A stretch of DNA of 64,000 nucleotides, from IMG/VR virus record IMGVR_UViG_3300034284_000578, positions 1 to 64,000 of that record; one strand, given 5' to 3'. Both the position numbers and the translations under genes were made by a program. Source of the DNA: a virus. Shown here in pieces: positions 15,477-24,655 of this stretch (position 1 is its first letter; each line of letters opens with the position of its first letter). The notes below the pieces were generated by a model. The model was not told where the DNA came from. It did not search any database and was given only the letters and a program-made list of their open reading frames with translations.

Positions 15477-15542
15477 TAGCTCAGTTGGTAGAGCGGCGAG
15501 CTGTTAACTCGCATGTCACTGGTTCGAGTCCAGTTCGGGGAG
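15470..15542 (+). tRNA. tRNA-Asn(GTT)
   Basis: Cloverleaf, loop CTGTTAA. Confidence 0.95.
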
Positions 15543-15559
15543 TTTTCTTTTATATTTAA

Positions 15560-15632
15560 GCCCGAGTAACTCAGCGGCTAGAGTGCTTCCTTTACACGGA
15601 AGAAGTCGTCGGTTCGATCCCGACCTTGGGTA
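15560..15632 (+). tRNA. tRNA-Val(TAC)
   Basis: Cloverleaf, loop TTTACAC. Confidence 0.95.
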
Positions 15633-15636
15633 TTTT

Positions 15637-15718
15637 GCGAGTGTACTCAAGCGGCAACGAGGACAGACTGTAAATCTGTTGTCATTCGACTTCGGGGGTT
15701 CGAGTCCCTCCGCTCGCA
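15637..15718 (+). tRNA. tRNA-Tyr(GTA)
   Basis: Cloverleaf with variable arm, loop CTGTAAA. Confidence 0.93.
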
Positions 15719-15722
15719 TTCT

Positions 15723-15811
15723 GCGTAGTTCAGTTAACGCTGACTAGAATCGCCTACTTGCAAGGGGTGATTTGATACAGAGCAACAGAGGTGCAAGTCC
15801 TCCACTACGCT
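15723..15811 (+). ncRNA. Non-canonical tRNA-like RNA with a TGC anticodon loop
   Basis: Perfect GCGTAGT/ACTACGC acceptor; 8-bp anticodon-like stem around CTTGCAA; T arm GAGG-TGCAAGT-CCTC. Confidence 0.65.
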
Positions 15812-15814
15812 TTT

Positions 15815-15904
15815 GGATAGATGGCCGAGTGGTTTAAGGCTGCGGTTTACTAAACCGCCGTAGGTACTAGATACTTACCGGGGGTTCGAATCCCTCTCTA
15901 TCCG
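15815..15904 (+). tRNA. tRNA-Ser(ACT)
   Basis: Ser-type long variable arm, G73, GCGGT-TTACTAA-ACCGC anticodon arm. Confidence 0.88.
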
Positions 15905-15906
15905 TT

Positions 15907-15980
15907 CGGAGAGTAGCACAGTTTGGTAGTGCGCCTGGTTTGGGACCAGGAGGTCGCAGGTTCAAATCCTGTTTCTCCGA
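15907..15980 (+). tRNA. tRNA-Pro(TGG)
   Basis: Cloverleaf, loop TTTGGGA. Confidence 0.95.
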
Positions 15981-16000
15981 CTATTATAAATACTGGCACT

Positions 16001-16459
16001 ATGAAGAACTTCTCACAATATTTAAATTCACAAGAAGATTGCGGATGCCAAGAACCCGTTGAAGAGCAAATTGGCTCTTTCTTAAAGGGTGCATTGGGTG
16101 GTGTTGGTAAAGCAATAGGTTCTGCCGCTTTAGATGTAGTTGGTGGACCTTTGGGTAAAGCCGCTGTATCCGGTGGTATGGAAGCAATGCAACGTCGTAA
16201 AGAGGGTGCAGAAATGTTGGACAAGGAAGTGATTCGTTGCCATGAAAGATTGGCTGCACTCCAAAGACAACATGCTAGCGCCAAGGGTAATCCAGATAAA
16301 CAAAAATTAATTCAACAAGACTTTGATGAACTTAAAGTGGAATGTGGCAAGATAGAGGCTTCTAAGAACGTAGACAAAGCAGAAAAGGCTTTGGCTGGCT
16401 TAAGAAGAGACAAGGCGGCCGCTATGAGAACAAAGGGAGCATCTTCCTTCACTTTATAA
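16001..16459 (+). CDS. Late protein with a capsid-targeting-like N-terminus and Gly-zipper helix
   Basis: TATAAATA at 15985-15992; MKNFSQYL start; start revised from 15923, which lies inside tRNA-Pro. Confidence 0.7.
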   Translation: MKNFSQYLNSQEDCGCQEPVEEQIGSFLKGALGGVGKAIGSAALDVVGGPLGKAAVSGGMEAMQRRKEGAEMLDKEVIRCHERLAALQRQHASAKGNPDKQKLIQQDFDELKVECGKIEASKNVDKAEKALAGLRRDKAAAMRTKGASSFTL

Positions 16460-16530
16460 GGCCACTCTTATAAAAGTCTACATACCTGTGTATGTGCGAC
16501 ACAGGCCCATAAAGACCTAAGACCCAAAAC

Positions 16531-16558
16531 TTGACTTACAACTAAATAAGACTATACT
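16531..16558 (+). promoter_or_regulatory. Sigma70 promoter with a nested late-type ACTAAATA
   Basis: TTGACT-N16-TATACT. Confidence 0.65.
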
Positions 16559-16599
16559 AGAGGACGAGAAGTGCGTCCTCTTTTATTTGGAGTTATATT

Positions 16600-16794
16600 A
16601 TGAATCGCAAGAGACATTGGGATGAGTTTGATATGGCTGCTGAGAGGGAAGGTAATGCCTTCAAGAAGCAAGTCACTACACAAATTGCCAAACGGGGTCT
16701 CGGTAAGGTGACACTTAAGACGCGAAAGATGCACGGTGATGCTTTTTTCGCAGTTCAGCGTAAGACTGTCAAGAACTCTTTCTTTGTGAGGTAA
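16600..16794 (+). CDS. Small basic protein
   Basis: GGAG SD; ORF track. Confidence 0.6.
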   Translation: MNRKRHWDEFDMAAEREGNAFKKQVTTQIAKRGLGKVTLKTRKMHGDAFFAVQRKTVKNSFFVR

Positions 16795-16797
16795 CAA

Positions 16798-17010
16798 ATG
16801 GCTAAGTGTAAGAATTGTGAAAAGAATATTCCCAAGGCTCGTCAGGAAGCACTTCCTGGCGTAGATACCTGTGTTGGTTGCTCAGAAGCAAAGCCAATGA
16901 TGGGTTTTATGGATTGGGCACACAAGACTGCTCCAGAACTGGTTATGGTCAGCACTGCAAATCAAGAGAATATTCGCAGAGCAAAACGAATAAATGTTAG
17001 AGCCAGATAA
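16798..17010 (+). CDS. DksA/TraR C4-type zinc-finger protein
   Basis: CKNCEKNIPKARQEALPGVDTCVGC. Confidence 0.8.
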   Translation: MAKCKNCEKNIPKARQEALPGVDTCVGCSEAKPMMGFMDWAHKTAPELVMVSTANQENIRRAKRINVRAR

Positions 17011-17032
17011 CTTGCCTATTATAAATATAAGT

Positions 17033-17180
17033 GGTTGGAGGGATTTGAATACCGGGGATCGATTAGGAGACAGTGCCGCGAACACTGGAAACCATTGATT
17101 ACGCTATTCATGCGCTTGAGGAATTTCGCTACCTTTCGACCGTCAGGGGAGCCGGACTCCAAAAGAGTCCGGTTCTTTAT
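17033..17180 (+). ncRNA. Late-promoter-driven rod-like structured RNA with its own terminator
   Basis: TATAAATA at 17020; nested stems; terminator 17149-17180. Confidence 0.55.
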
Positions 17181-17239
17181 CTATAAAGGTAGAGGTTCCC
17201 GGAGTACTAAATAGTTGTAAATAACAGGAGTAATGGCAT

Positions 17240-17842
17240 ATGGCAATCGACTTTTTTGTATTCCGACAAGTAACCCAATTAATTGAACAAAAACTAGAAG
17301 AAGCAAGAAAGTCTGCACCCAAGGCTTATACTGCTGCTACCGATGCAAGTGGTGCATTTGCTGGTGATATTGCCAAATCAAAGGCTGCTACAGCACCAAA
17401 TCCAAAATATACAGATCAGGGAGTAATCTCTAGTGTTACTGGTAAGGCAAGAGAAGAATCTGCTAAAAAAATCCACGACACCATTGGTGGGCATTTAAAG
17501 GGTGGTAAGGGTGTGGCAGTATATCTACACAAAGAACCAAAGTTTGGTGACGAGCATGAAGGTGAATTAGAAAGACACTACATCGTTCCTCACACAGATG
17601 GACACTATTTGGTAAGTGGAAAAAAGACAACAAAGATTGCTAGTATGTCACCAGGCTCTCATGGATTTATTTCCATCATGCCTCACTCTTCTGGACGCCG
17701 TTCTGCTTCGCCTATGGGTTATATTCCAGCGGGCGTCGGACATGAACAACATGTTCGCACATTTGATTCAGGACAAGTGGAAAGAAGTGGATTGGGTAAA
17801 GGATTCAAGATGCGATTACGGGGTACACCTACCCTAGATTGA
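17240..17842 (+). CDS. Hypothetical late protein, possibly virion-internal
   Basis: ACTAAATA and AGGAG upstream; L-x-E motifs near the N-terminus. Confidence 0.65.
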   Translation: MAIDFFVFRQVTQLIEQKLEEARKSAPKAYTAATDASGAFAGDIAKSKAATAPNPKYTDQGVISSVTGKAREESAKKIHDTIGGHLKGGKGVAVYLHKEPKFGDEHEGELERHYIVPHTDGHYLVSGKKTTKIASMSPGSHGFISIMPHSSGRRSASPMGYIPAGVGHEQHVRTFDSGQVERSGLGKGFKMRLRGTPTLD

Positions 17843-17851
17843 AGTTAAAAA

Positions 17852-18526
17852 ATGTTTAATCATGATATAGTGAAAATTGAAGACAATCTAAAAACAGAAG
17901 AAGTAAACGGAAAAAGATACTATGTGGCACCAGATGGAAACAAATATCCATCGGTGACTACTATAACTGGTTGGAAAAAGAGAGCATTCTTTGCAGAGTG
18001 GCGAAGAAAAAATCCAGACGAGTCTCGCAGAGTTCTTTCTCGCGGAACCTCATTCCACTCCATAATTGAAAATTATTTGATGAACGAAGACGCCGTGGTC
18101 GAAGAGAAGAAAACATCTCGTCCCGGTGATTATTACATGTTTGCTCAAATTAAAAGTGAATTGGATAAGATAAATAATATTAAAGCGATTGAAACTGCTT
18201 TGTGGTCTAGCACACTTCGAATGGCAGGAAGAGTCGATTGTATTGCAGAGTATGATGGGAAACTCTCTGTCATAGATTTTAAAACAAGCAAAGCAATTAA
18301 AGACGAAAAAGATATTCAAGAATATTTTATGCAAGCAACCGCATATGCAATAATGTTTCAAGAGAGAACAGGAATTTCCATTAGAAATATCGCAATTCTA
18401 ATGTCATGCGAAGATGGTTCTATTATGGTATACCAAAAAGATCCAATCAAATATGTTGCTAGTTTGAAGACTGCAATAGATGAATATTACGAGGAAAACG
18501 TAAATGAGTTATCCATTTCCCACTGA
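17852..18526 (+). CDS. PD-(D/E)xK exonuclease (Cas4-like family of T4-like phages)
   Basis: YPSVTT, RGTSFH, AGRVDCIAEYDGKLSVIDFKTS, YFMQATAYA. Confidence 0.9.
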   Translation: MFNHDIVKIEDNLKTEEVNGKRYYVAPDGNKYPSVTTITGWKKRAFFAEWRRKNPDESRRVLSRGTSFHSIIENYLMNEDAVVEEKKTSRPGDYYMFAQIKSELDKINNIKAIETALWSSTLRMAGRVDCIAEYDGKLSVIDFKTSKAIKDEKDIQEYFMQATAYAIMFQERTGISIRNIAILMSCEDGSIMVYQKDPIKYVASLKTAIDEYYEENVNELSISH

Positions 18527-19379
18527 TACATGTGTAGTAGCATGTTCAGGACCATCTTTAAATAAAGTAAATGTTGCTTCATTAGGTTTACCTGTATGTG
18601 CAATAAGTACAACAATTCGTTCAATACCAAATCCTGATTTTTGGTTTATTGCGGATCATTTAAATGAAATGCATGGTCAAGAGGGGCAAGATGCTTGGAA
18701 TAACGAAAGCATAGTAAAGATTGTTCCAAATAAAGTAGGTAAAACGCCTGGCAGAAAAGTAATAACTCACGCCTATCATGAAGGAAGAGAACCAAATCAA
18801 CATTATCAAACTTTGCTTTTTGATCCAAATAAACCATTACTTCGGGGACCGCATAAAACGTTAACATTCGCAATACAATGGCTTCATGTATGCGGCGTAA
18901 AAAATATTATCTTTGCCGGGAACGATTTAGAAGCATTATCTTTTGATACAAAATATTCCTATGAATTAAAAAATTTTGATACAAAGAAACAACACAATTT
19001 TAAAAAGACATTAGATCAAATAAAAGGTGCATTAGTTTCTTGGTATCCGGTTGCTTTATCAAAAGGTTATAATTGGTATTCTTGGGAATGTGGATCTGTA
19101 TTTGAATCGTTTGTTCCAAAATTCAATGAAGAAATTTTGCAAAACGTTCAGAGATTTCCGACTGCTCCCAGGCAAGTATATTCCTCAATAGAAATAAAAG
19201 AAGAACAAAAGAGACAAGAGCACATTAAAGAAATTAAAGAACTCCAAAAATTATCCGAAGAGGATCGCAATAGGAGGGAATATTTTCGAATGATGCGTCA
19301 AAAAGAAAACAAAGAAGAAGATCGTAAAAAAATAAATATGCAAACTTATTTTGATTTGGTGCAAAAAAGAAGAAAATGA
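18504..19379 (+). CDS. Maf/MptE-like or GT29-like sugar transferase
   Basis: CVVACSGPSL N-terminus; AIQWL..CGVKNIIFAGND. Confidence 0.55.
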   Translation: MSYPFPTDTCVVACSGPSLNKVNVASLGLPVCAISTTIRSIPNPDFWFIADHLNEMHGQEGQDAWNNESIVKIVPNKVGKTPGRKVITHAYHEGREPNQHYQTLLFDPNKPLLRGPHKTLTFAIQWLHVCGVKNIIFAGNDLEALSFDTKYSYELKNFDTKKQHNFKKTLDQIKGALVSWYPVALSKGYNWYSWECGSVFESFVPKFNEEILQNVQRFPTAPRQVYSSIEIKEEQKRQEHIKEIKELQKLSEEDRNRREYFRMMRQKENKEEDRKKINMQTYFDLVQKRRK

Positions 19380-20002
19380 ATAACTTACATTTTGTTTCTT
19401 ATTACACGGATAATGGTATTTACCGAGAACTTGCAAAAGATTTAGAAAAAAGTTTGCAAAAGCATTCACTAAAATACACCATAGCATTGGAAGAAAATAA
19501 AGGTTCTTGGGTTAAAAATTGTGCTATTAAGTCTCACTTTATAAAAAAAATGTTAGAGACGCACAACCCCAACGATTGTGTTGTTTGGATCGACAGCGAC
19601 GCACAAATAATTAAATATCCAGATTTGTTTTTATTGGGTGATCAAGAATTTATGATTCGGGGAGAACCAGGCGGTAGAAGTAAAGTGCCGGCTGGTAGAG
19701 AACGAATTCATTTACCCAACAACTGGCCAACAAATGTTTCTCCTTGTTGGTTTAATTCTGGAACTATATTCATGCGAGTGTGTGAAAATAGTATTAGATT
19801 GTGTAATCGTTGGATTGAGATGCAGGAACAAAATCCAACTCATTGGGATCAATGGACTCTGCAACAGGCTTGGTGTGACATACAACCCAAGACAGAGTTT
19901 TTACCACAGTCTTATTGTCAGATAGATAGAATGCACGGTCGTCAAGGTGCAGTGATTTTACATCGTTTAGCTTCAGTAGAACAGAAAGTGAATAGACAAT
20001 GA
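19376..20002 (+). CDS. GT-A nucleotide-diphospho-sugar transferase
   Basis: CAIKSHFI, VWIDSDA DxD motif, FNSGTIF, WDQWTL. Confidence 0.8.
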   Translation: MNNLHFVSYYTDNGIYRELAKDLEKSLQKHSLKYTIALEENKGSWVKNCAIKSHFIKKMLETHNPNDCVVWIDSDAQIIKYPDLFLLGDQEFMIRGEPGGRSKVPAGRERIHLPNNWPTNVSPCWFNSGTIFMRVCENSIRLCNRWIEMQEQNPTHWDQWTLQQAWCDIQPKTEFLPQSYCQIDRMHGRQGAVILHRLASVEQKVNRQ

Positions 20003-20658
20003 TATCAGTTATTACATTTTATACACCAGAATACAAAGATGAGGCGGCAGAATGGCGTAAAAGTTGTCACGAACATGTACAAAGACCAATTGATGCAACA
20101 CATCAAGTAAATGTAGATTATCAACAATTTCCATTCAAGTCTTATGATATGCCAAGTAAAAAATCTTGGGTTCATAATTGTACGATGAAAGCGGAAGTCA
20201 TATTAAAAGCGATTGACGAACTGCACTGTGGTGTTGTTTGGACTGATGCGGACGCAAGATTTAAACAATATCCAAAATTGTTTGAACAATTGGAACAGTA
20301 TGATTTTGCTTGTTACTGGATTCCAAATGTTTGGAATCAACCAAAAAATGCACATTTGAAGCCTTGGACTCGCGGCAATGAAGCACTTGCTGGAGGCACT
20401 TTGTTTTTTAACAACACATCAATTGCTATAGATTTAATACATGCATGGAAAAAACAAAGTGAAGCAAATCCGACTGTATGGGAACAACAAAGTCTTCAGA
20501 AGGTGTGGGAAGAGTTTGATAACAAAGGTTTGCGTACATTTAATTTACCACAATCTTATTGCAAAGTATTTGATTGTAAATGGTTTGAACCCGAACAACC
20601 TGTAGTAATAGAACATACGCAAGCAAGTCGCAGATTAAAGAGTAAAGTGGGTAAATGA
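19999..20658 (+). CDS. GT-A transferase, paralog of 19376
   Basis: WTDADA, GGTLFF, WEQQSL. Confidence 0.8.
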   Translation: MISVITFYTPEYKDEAAEWRKSCHEHVQRPIDATHQVNVDYQQFPFKSYDMPSKKSWVHNCTMKAEVILKAIDELHCGVVWTDADARFKQYPKLFEQLEQYDFACYWIPNVWNQPKNAHLKPWTRGNEALAGGTLFFNNTSIAIDLIHAWKKQSEANPTVWEQQSLQKVWEEFDNKGLRTFNLPQSYCKVFDCKWFEPEQPVVIEHTQASRRLKSKVGK

Positions 20659-21356
20659 CAAATTTACATAATACATTTTCAGAAAATGAAGTTGTTTGGT
20701 TAACATTACCAAGCGCAAATATAAAAATGGCTAAAAAAACTTTCCCAATGTGGAAAGCAAAAGGTTATAAAATTGCTGCTATAGTTCCAGACAATTTGTT
20801 TAGCGAATATACGAATATCACTGATATTGCGGTGAAGGAAAGTACTATTGGTGGATATTCTGGTTGGCCTAAAGCAGTAAATCATTTATCGAAATTATTA
20901 TCTAATATTGAAATAATTATTGCGGCTGGCGACGATATGCATCCAGATCCCAACTATGAAGCATACCAACTTCGTTTACAATTTGTTCGCCATTTTGGTG
21001 GTACTTTTGGTGTAATGCAACCATACGGTGATAAGTTTGGAAGCATGGCTTGTGAAACCTGTGAGCAAATATGTGGAAGTGCTTGGTTGGGAAAAGAGTT
21101 TAGGGAAAAGATCAATCAAGGTAAAGGCCCAATGTGGGAAGAATACTGGCACATGTGGGCGGATACGGAACTTTATCAAGTTGCGACTAAATACAATTGC
21201 TTATGGATAAGAGGCGATCTAAGTCAATTCCATGAACACCGTTTACGCGGCACACATGGGTTTAGACCTACTATTCCGTCTGGAAATATGAAGGTTGCTC
21301 AAAAGATATACGAAACACGAAAAAAGAATAATTTTCCGGGAACAGAATTATTATGA
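20655..21356 (+). CDS. GT2-like glycosyltransferase
   Basis: AVNHL, AAGDDM, WADTEL. Confidence 0.7.
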   Translation: MTNLHNTFSENEVVWLTLPSANIKMAKKTFPMWKAKGYKIAAIVPDNLFSEYTNITDIAVKESTIGGYSGWPKAVNHLSKLLSNIEIIIAAGDDMHPDPNYEAYQLRLQFVRHFGGTFGVMQPYGDKFGSMACETCEQICGSAWLGKEFREKINQGKGPMWEEYWHMWADTELYQVATKYNCLWIRGDLSQFHEHRLRGTHGFRPTIPSGNMKVAQKIYETRKKNNFPGTELL

Positions 21357-22018
21357 TAGATTTATTAATTAAATATCCAACGAGATCCAGACCAGATTTA
21401 TTTAAACGAATATTAACAGAATATGTAAATAAACTTTCTGGTACTTTGAAAGTAAAGTTTATCATTTCTATGGATCTAAACGATAGCAGTTGTAATAATG
21501 ATGCTATGCGTCACTTTCTAGAAAATATGAAATCTAAAGTTGATTTAGAATATCATTATGGAACTAGTAGAAATAAAATAGATGCATGTAATCGAGATGT
21601 CCCAAGTGATGGTTGGAAAGTTTGTGTGTTGGTTTCTGATGATATGACACCAAGAGTGCAAGGCTATGATAAGGTTATTATAGATGATATGCATAAACAT
21701 TTTCCAGATTTGGATGGTGCTTTAAATTATAATTGTGGTGGTCATGCGTATCCAAAAGTTATGGTTCTTTCTGTAATTGGAAATCCATATTACAAAAGAT
21801 TCAATTACATATATCATCCAGAGTATACTAGTTTGTTTTGTGATGAAGAACAAACTGTTATTGCCAGATCTTTAAATAAAATTGTTGATATAAACAATAA
21901 AATTATTACACACGATTGGAATGATATAAAAGACGATTTAAGAAAACATACAGAAAAATACTATCAAACCGACAAAGCAGTTTTTGAAAACAGAAAAACA
22001 AAGGGATTCCCACTATGA
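21353..22018 (+). CDS. GT2-like glycosyltransferase
   Basis: YPTRSRP, KIDACN, VSDDM, FCDEE. Confidence 0.8.
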   Translation: MIDLLIKYPTRSRPDLFKRILTEYVNKLSGTLKVKFIISMDLNDSSCNNDAMRHFLENMKSKVDLEYHYGTSRNKIDACNRDVPSDGWKVCVLVSDDMTPRVQGYDKVIIDDMHKHFPDLDGALNYNCGGHAYPKVMVLSVIGNPYYKRFNYIYHPEYTSLFCDEEQTVIARSLNKIVDINNKIITHDWNDIKDDLRKHTEKYYQTDKAVFENRKTKGFPL

Positions 22019-22605
22019 GTATTTTATGGACAATTGGTATTTTGCATTTACCAAAACGCGCGCATGTTTATAATCAATTACTTGCGGAACTCAATAAACA
22101 AATTGCAGCAGGAAATGCTCAAGATAAAATTGAGATCATAACCGAAACCGATAATGGTGAAAACACTGTAGGGAAGAAAAGAAATACAGTATTAGATAAA
22201 GCAAAAGGTGAATATGTGTGTTTTATCGACGATGACGATATGATCACGGAAATTTATGTTTCCAGAACACTTAAAGCATTAGAATCAAAACCAGATGTTG
22301 TTGAACTGGTTGGATTCCTACCAAAATACAATTTGCCATTTATCCATAATTTAAACTGCGGTGGTCATTTTAGAAAAGATGGTATTCAATTCCGTACACC
22401 AAATCATTTGAATACTATTAAGACAAGTATTGCTCGACAAGTCCGGTATCCTGAAATTTCTCACGGAGAAGATCAAGATTATTCTCACCGCTTGTGGGAT
22501 AGTGGATTAATGAAAACAGAAGCACTGATTGGTGATCGGATGTATATCTACCAATTTGATTCTGCAAAATCTGAAACAGTAAAGTTTATGAAGAGAAATA
22601 AATGA
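22015..22605 (+). CDS. GT2 glycosyltransferase
   Basis: GKKRN...AKGEYVCFIDDDD, GEDQDY. Confidence 0.85.
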   Translation: MSILWTIGILHLPKRAHVYNQLLAELNKQIAAGNAQDKIEIITETDNGENTVGKKRNTVLDKAKGEYVCFIDDDDMITEIYVSRTLKALESKPDVVELVGFLPKYNLPFIHNLNCGGHFRKDGIQFRTPNHLNTIKTSIARQVRYPEISHGEDQDYSHRLWDSGLMKTEALIGDRMYIYQFDSAKSETVKFMKRNK

Positions 22606-23543
22606 AAAAAATAATATCATATAGTCTTTGGGGAGATTTACCTCTGTATACCGTTGGTGCAATTTCAAACGCAAAACAAGCAAAAGAAATATATCCCGGA
22701 TGGATATGTCGTTTTTATATTCACGAACCATCAGTTCCTCAATGGGTAGTTGAAGAATTAAAAAAACAAGATAATGTAGAAATTGTATTTTACAATGATA
22801 ATGTTGGTTGGGGTGGAATGCTTTATCGTTTTTATCCTGCCACAGAAGATGATGTTGAGGTAATGCTAAGTAGAGATACCGATAGCCGACTTTCTCTTAG
22901 AGAAAAGGCATGTGTGGATCAATGGTTAGTGAGTACAAAAAAACTTCATGTTATAAGAGATACTTGCGTACATCAATCCCAAGTGATGGGTGGATTGTGG
23001 GGTGCTAAAAGGGGTTATTTAAATTGGATTAAACCTCATATTGATTTTATGTTAAACGAAGTAAAAAATGGATCTGCGAGAAAAGGTTGCGATCAAGATT
23101 TTTTAAACTCAAAAGTTTATTTGTATGCTGTTGGTGAAATAGACGCAAATTGTGACAAAATTAATAAATTAGGAACATATGATCCAAATCAAATTAGTAT
23201 TATTTCTCATGATGATATTGCATTTGGTTGTTTGAGGTTTCCCGGTTTTAGCCGACTTCCTCATGTAAATGATGAGATGCGAAAAATGCCTATTCCTAGA
23301 AAATATGGCGAATGCTATCATGCGTGTGTGCATTGTGGGTTAAAACACGATAATAAATATATTGGAAAAGTTCAGTCTTTAACACAAGATGAAATAAAAT
23401 ATCTGAATTTAAGTGAAGAAGAAAAACAAAATAGAGAAAATATTATTAAATACTATAAACAGTATCTAATAAATCAATATCAATATGGATTGAGTCCAGT
23501 TCAACACGAACACGGTTCTGAACATATAAAGGAAACAGAATGA
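22602..23543 (+). CDS. Putative glycosyltransferase (KIISYSLWG family)
   Basis: ISYSLWG, SRDTDSR, MGGLWG, DQDFL. Confidence 0.7.
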   Translation: MKKIISYSLWGDLPLYTVGAISNAKQAKEIYPGWICRFYIHEPSVPQWVVEELKKQDNVEIVFYNDNVGWGGMLYRFYPATEDDVEVMLSRDTDSRLSLREKACVDQWLVSTKKLHVIRDTCVHQSQVMGGLWGAKRGYLNWIKPHIDFMLNEVKNGSARKGCDQDFLNSKVYLYAVGEIDANCDKINKLGTYDPNQISIISHDDIAFGCLRFPGFSRLPHVNDEMRKMPIPRKYGECYHACVHCGLKHDNKYIGKVQSLTQDEIKYLNLSEEEKQNRENIIKYYKQYLINQYQYGLSPVQHEHGSEHIKETE

Positions 23544-24655
23544 AAATTTTTAATTTAGATTTACACATTTCAGTAATAGCCGACATTCAAAAAATTCTAA
23601 CAGATTTAGGTCACGAAGTAACAAGTTGGAATATGTCTGGACATAATTGGGTATTCGGTAGAGGTAAAATGGCAACAGATGTCATAACACAAGAAAATTG
23701 GCATAATATAAGTGAAGAAATGTGTGATGCATTTTATACTCGTTATAAGAATGAATTAGATCAATATGATGCATTTTTAACAACACATCCACCCGTTTTT
23801 TCCAGATTATTTAAAAATTGGAATAAACCTATTATTATGGTTGCCTCTATTCGATATGAGTGTCCATTTTCCACTAGACCACAAGAATGGGAAAAATTTA
23901 ACAATTTTTTGATAGAGGGTGTTGATAAAGGTCAAATCACTTTAGTTGCCAATAGCAAATATGATGCAGAATATGGTAAATATTTTTTGAATAGAAGTTT
24001 TACACATATACCAAATTTATGCGAATACACAAATGTTCATTATAATCCAACAAAAAATCATTTTTTATACTATTCTAGATTTAATAATTATGGTCAATAT
24101 TGCAATGGCGAAATACCAAACTTGATAGAAAAAAGTAAAGCATTAGGACATAAATTTAAATGGAGCGATTTAGTACAATATAAAGGTATAGTTGGTGTTC
24201 CTTATAATGTATCAACGATGTCGATGTTTGAATACTATACTCAAAATATACCAATGTTTTTTCCTTCAGTTGATTTGATGTTAAAAATGAAAGAAAAGCA
24301 TGGTAATCAAATTCTAGGAGAAACCAGTTGGAATGAAACATGGAATATGCAACCGCACCATTATCCTACGGAATGGAAAGAAGGATCGGTGATCAAGCCT
24401 GGCCCAAATGATCCAAACCATTATCAAGATTTAAATAAATTCAAAAACTGGTTACCATTGGCAGATTTTTACGACACAGAATGGATGCCACATATTCAAT
24501 ATTTTAATAGTTGGGATGAACTTAAGAATAGATTATCTACAATTAAAAATGATGAACTTATGAATATAAGCAATAATATGAAATCTATGAATATCATTCG
24601 TAAACAACGAGTGTATGATAATTGGAGAAACATATTACAAAAGGTTAAATTATGA
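23540..24655 (+). CDS. Putative GT-B glycosyltransferase-like protein
   Basis: FNLDLHISVIAD; PYNVSTMSMFEYY..NIPMFFPS; operon context. Confidence 0.55.
   Translation: MKIFNLDLHISVIADIQKILTDLGHEVTSWNMSGHNWVFGRGKMATDVITQENWHNISEEMCDAFYTRYKNELDQYDAFLTTHPPVFSRLFKNWNKPIIMVASIRYECPFSTRPQEWEKFNNFLIEGVDKGQITLVANSKYDAEYGKYFLNRSFTHIPNLCEYTNVHYNPTKNHFLYYSRFNNYGQYCNGEIPNLIEKSKALGHKFKWSDLVQYKGIVGVPYNVSTMSMFEYYTQNIPMFFPSVDLMLKMKEKHGNQILGETSWNETWNMQPHHYPTEWKEGSVIKPGPNDPNHYQDLNKFKNWLPLADFYDTEWMPHIQYFNSWDELKNRLSTIKNDELMNISNNMKSMNIIRKQRVYDNWRNILQKVKL

Noticed and set aside
15516-16284. Minus-strand ORFs and the 15923 start
   Set aside because: They overlap tRNA genes; the real CDS starts at 16001
17852-18526. 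CRISPR-associated Cas4
   Set aside because: No Fe-S cysteine set, cas genes or array; ordinary T4-like exonuclease
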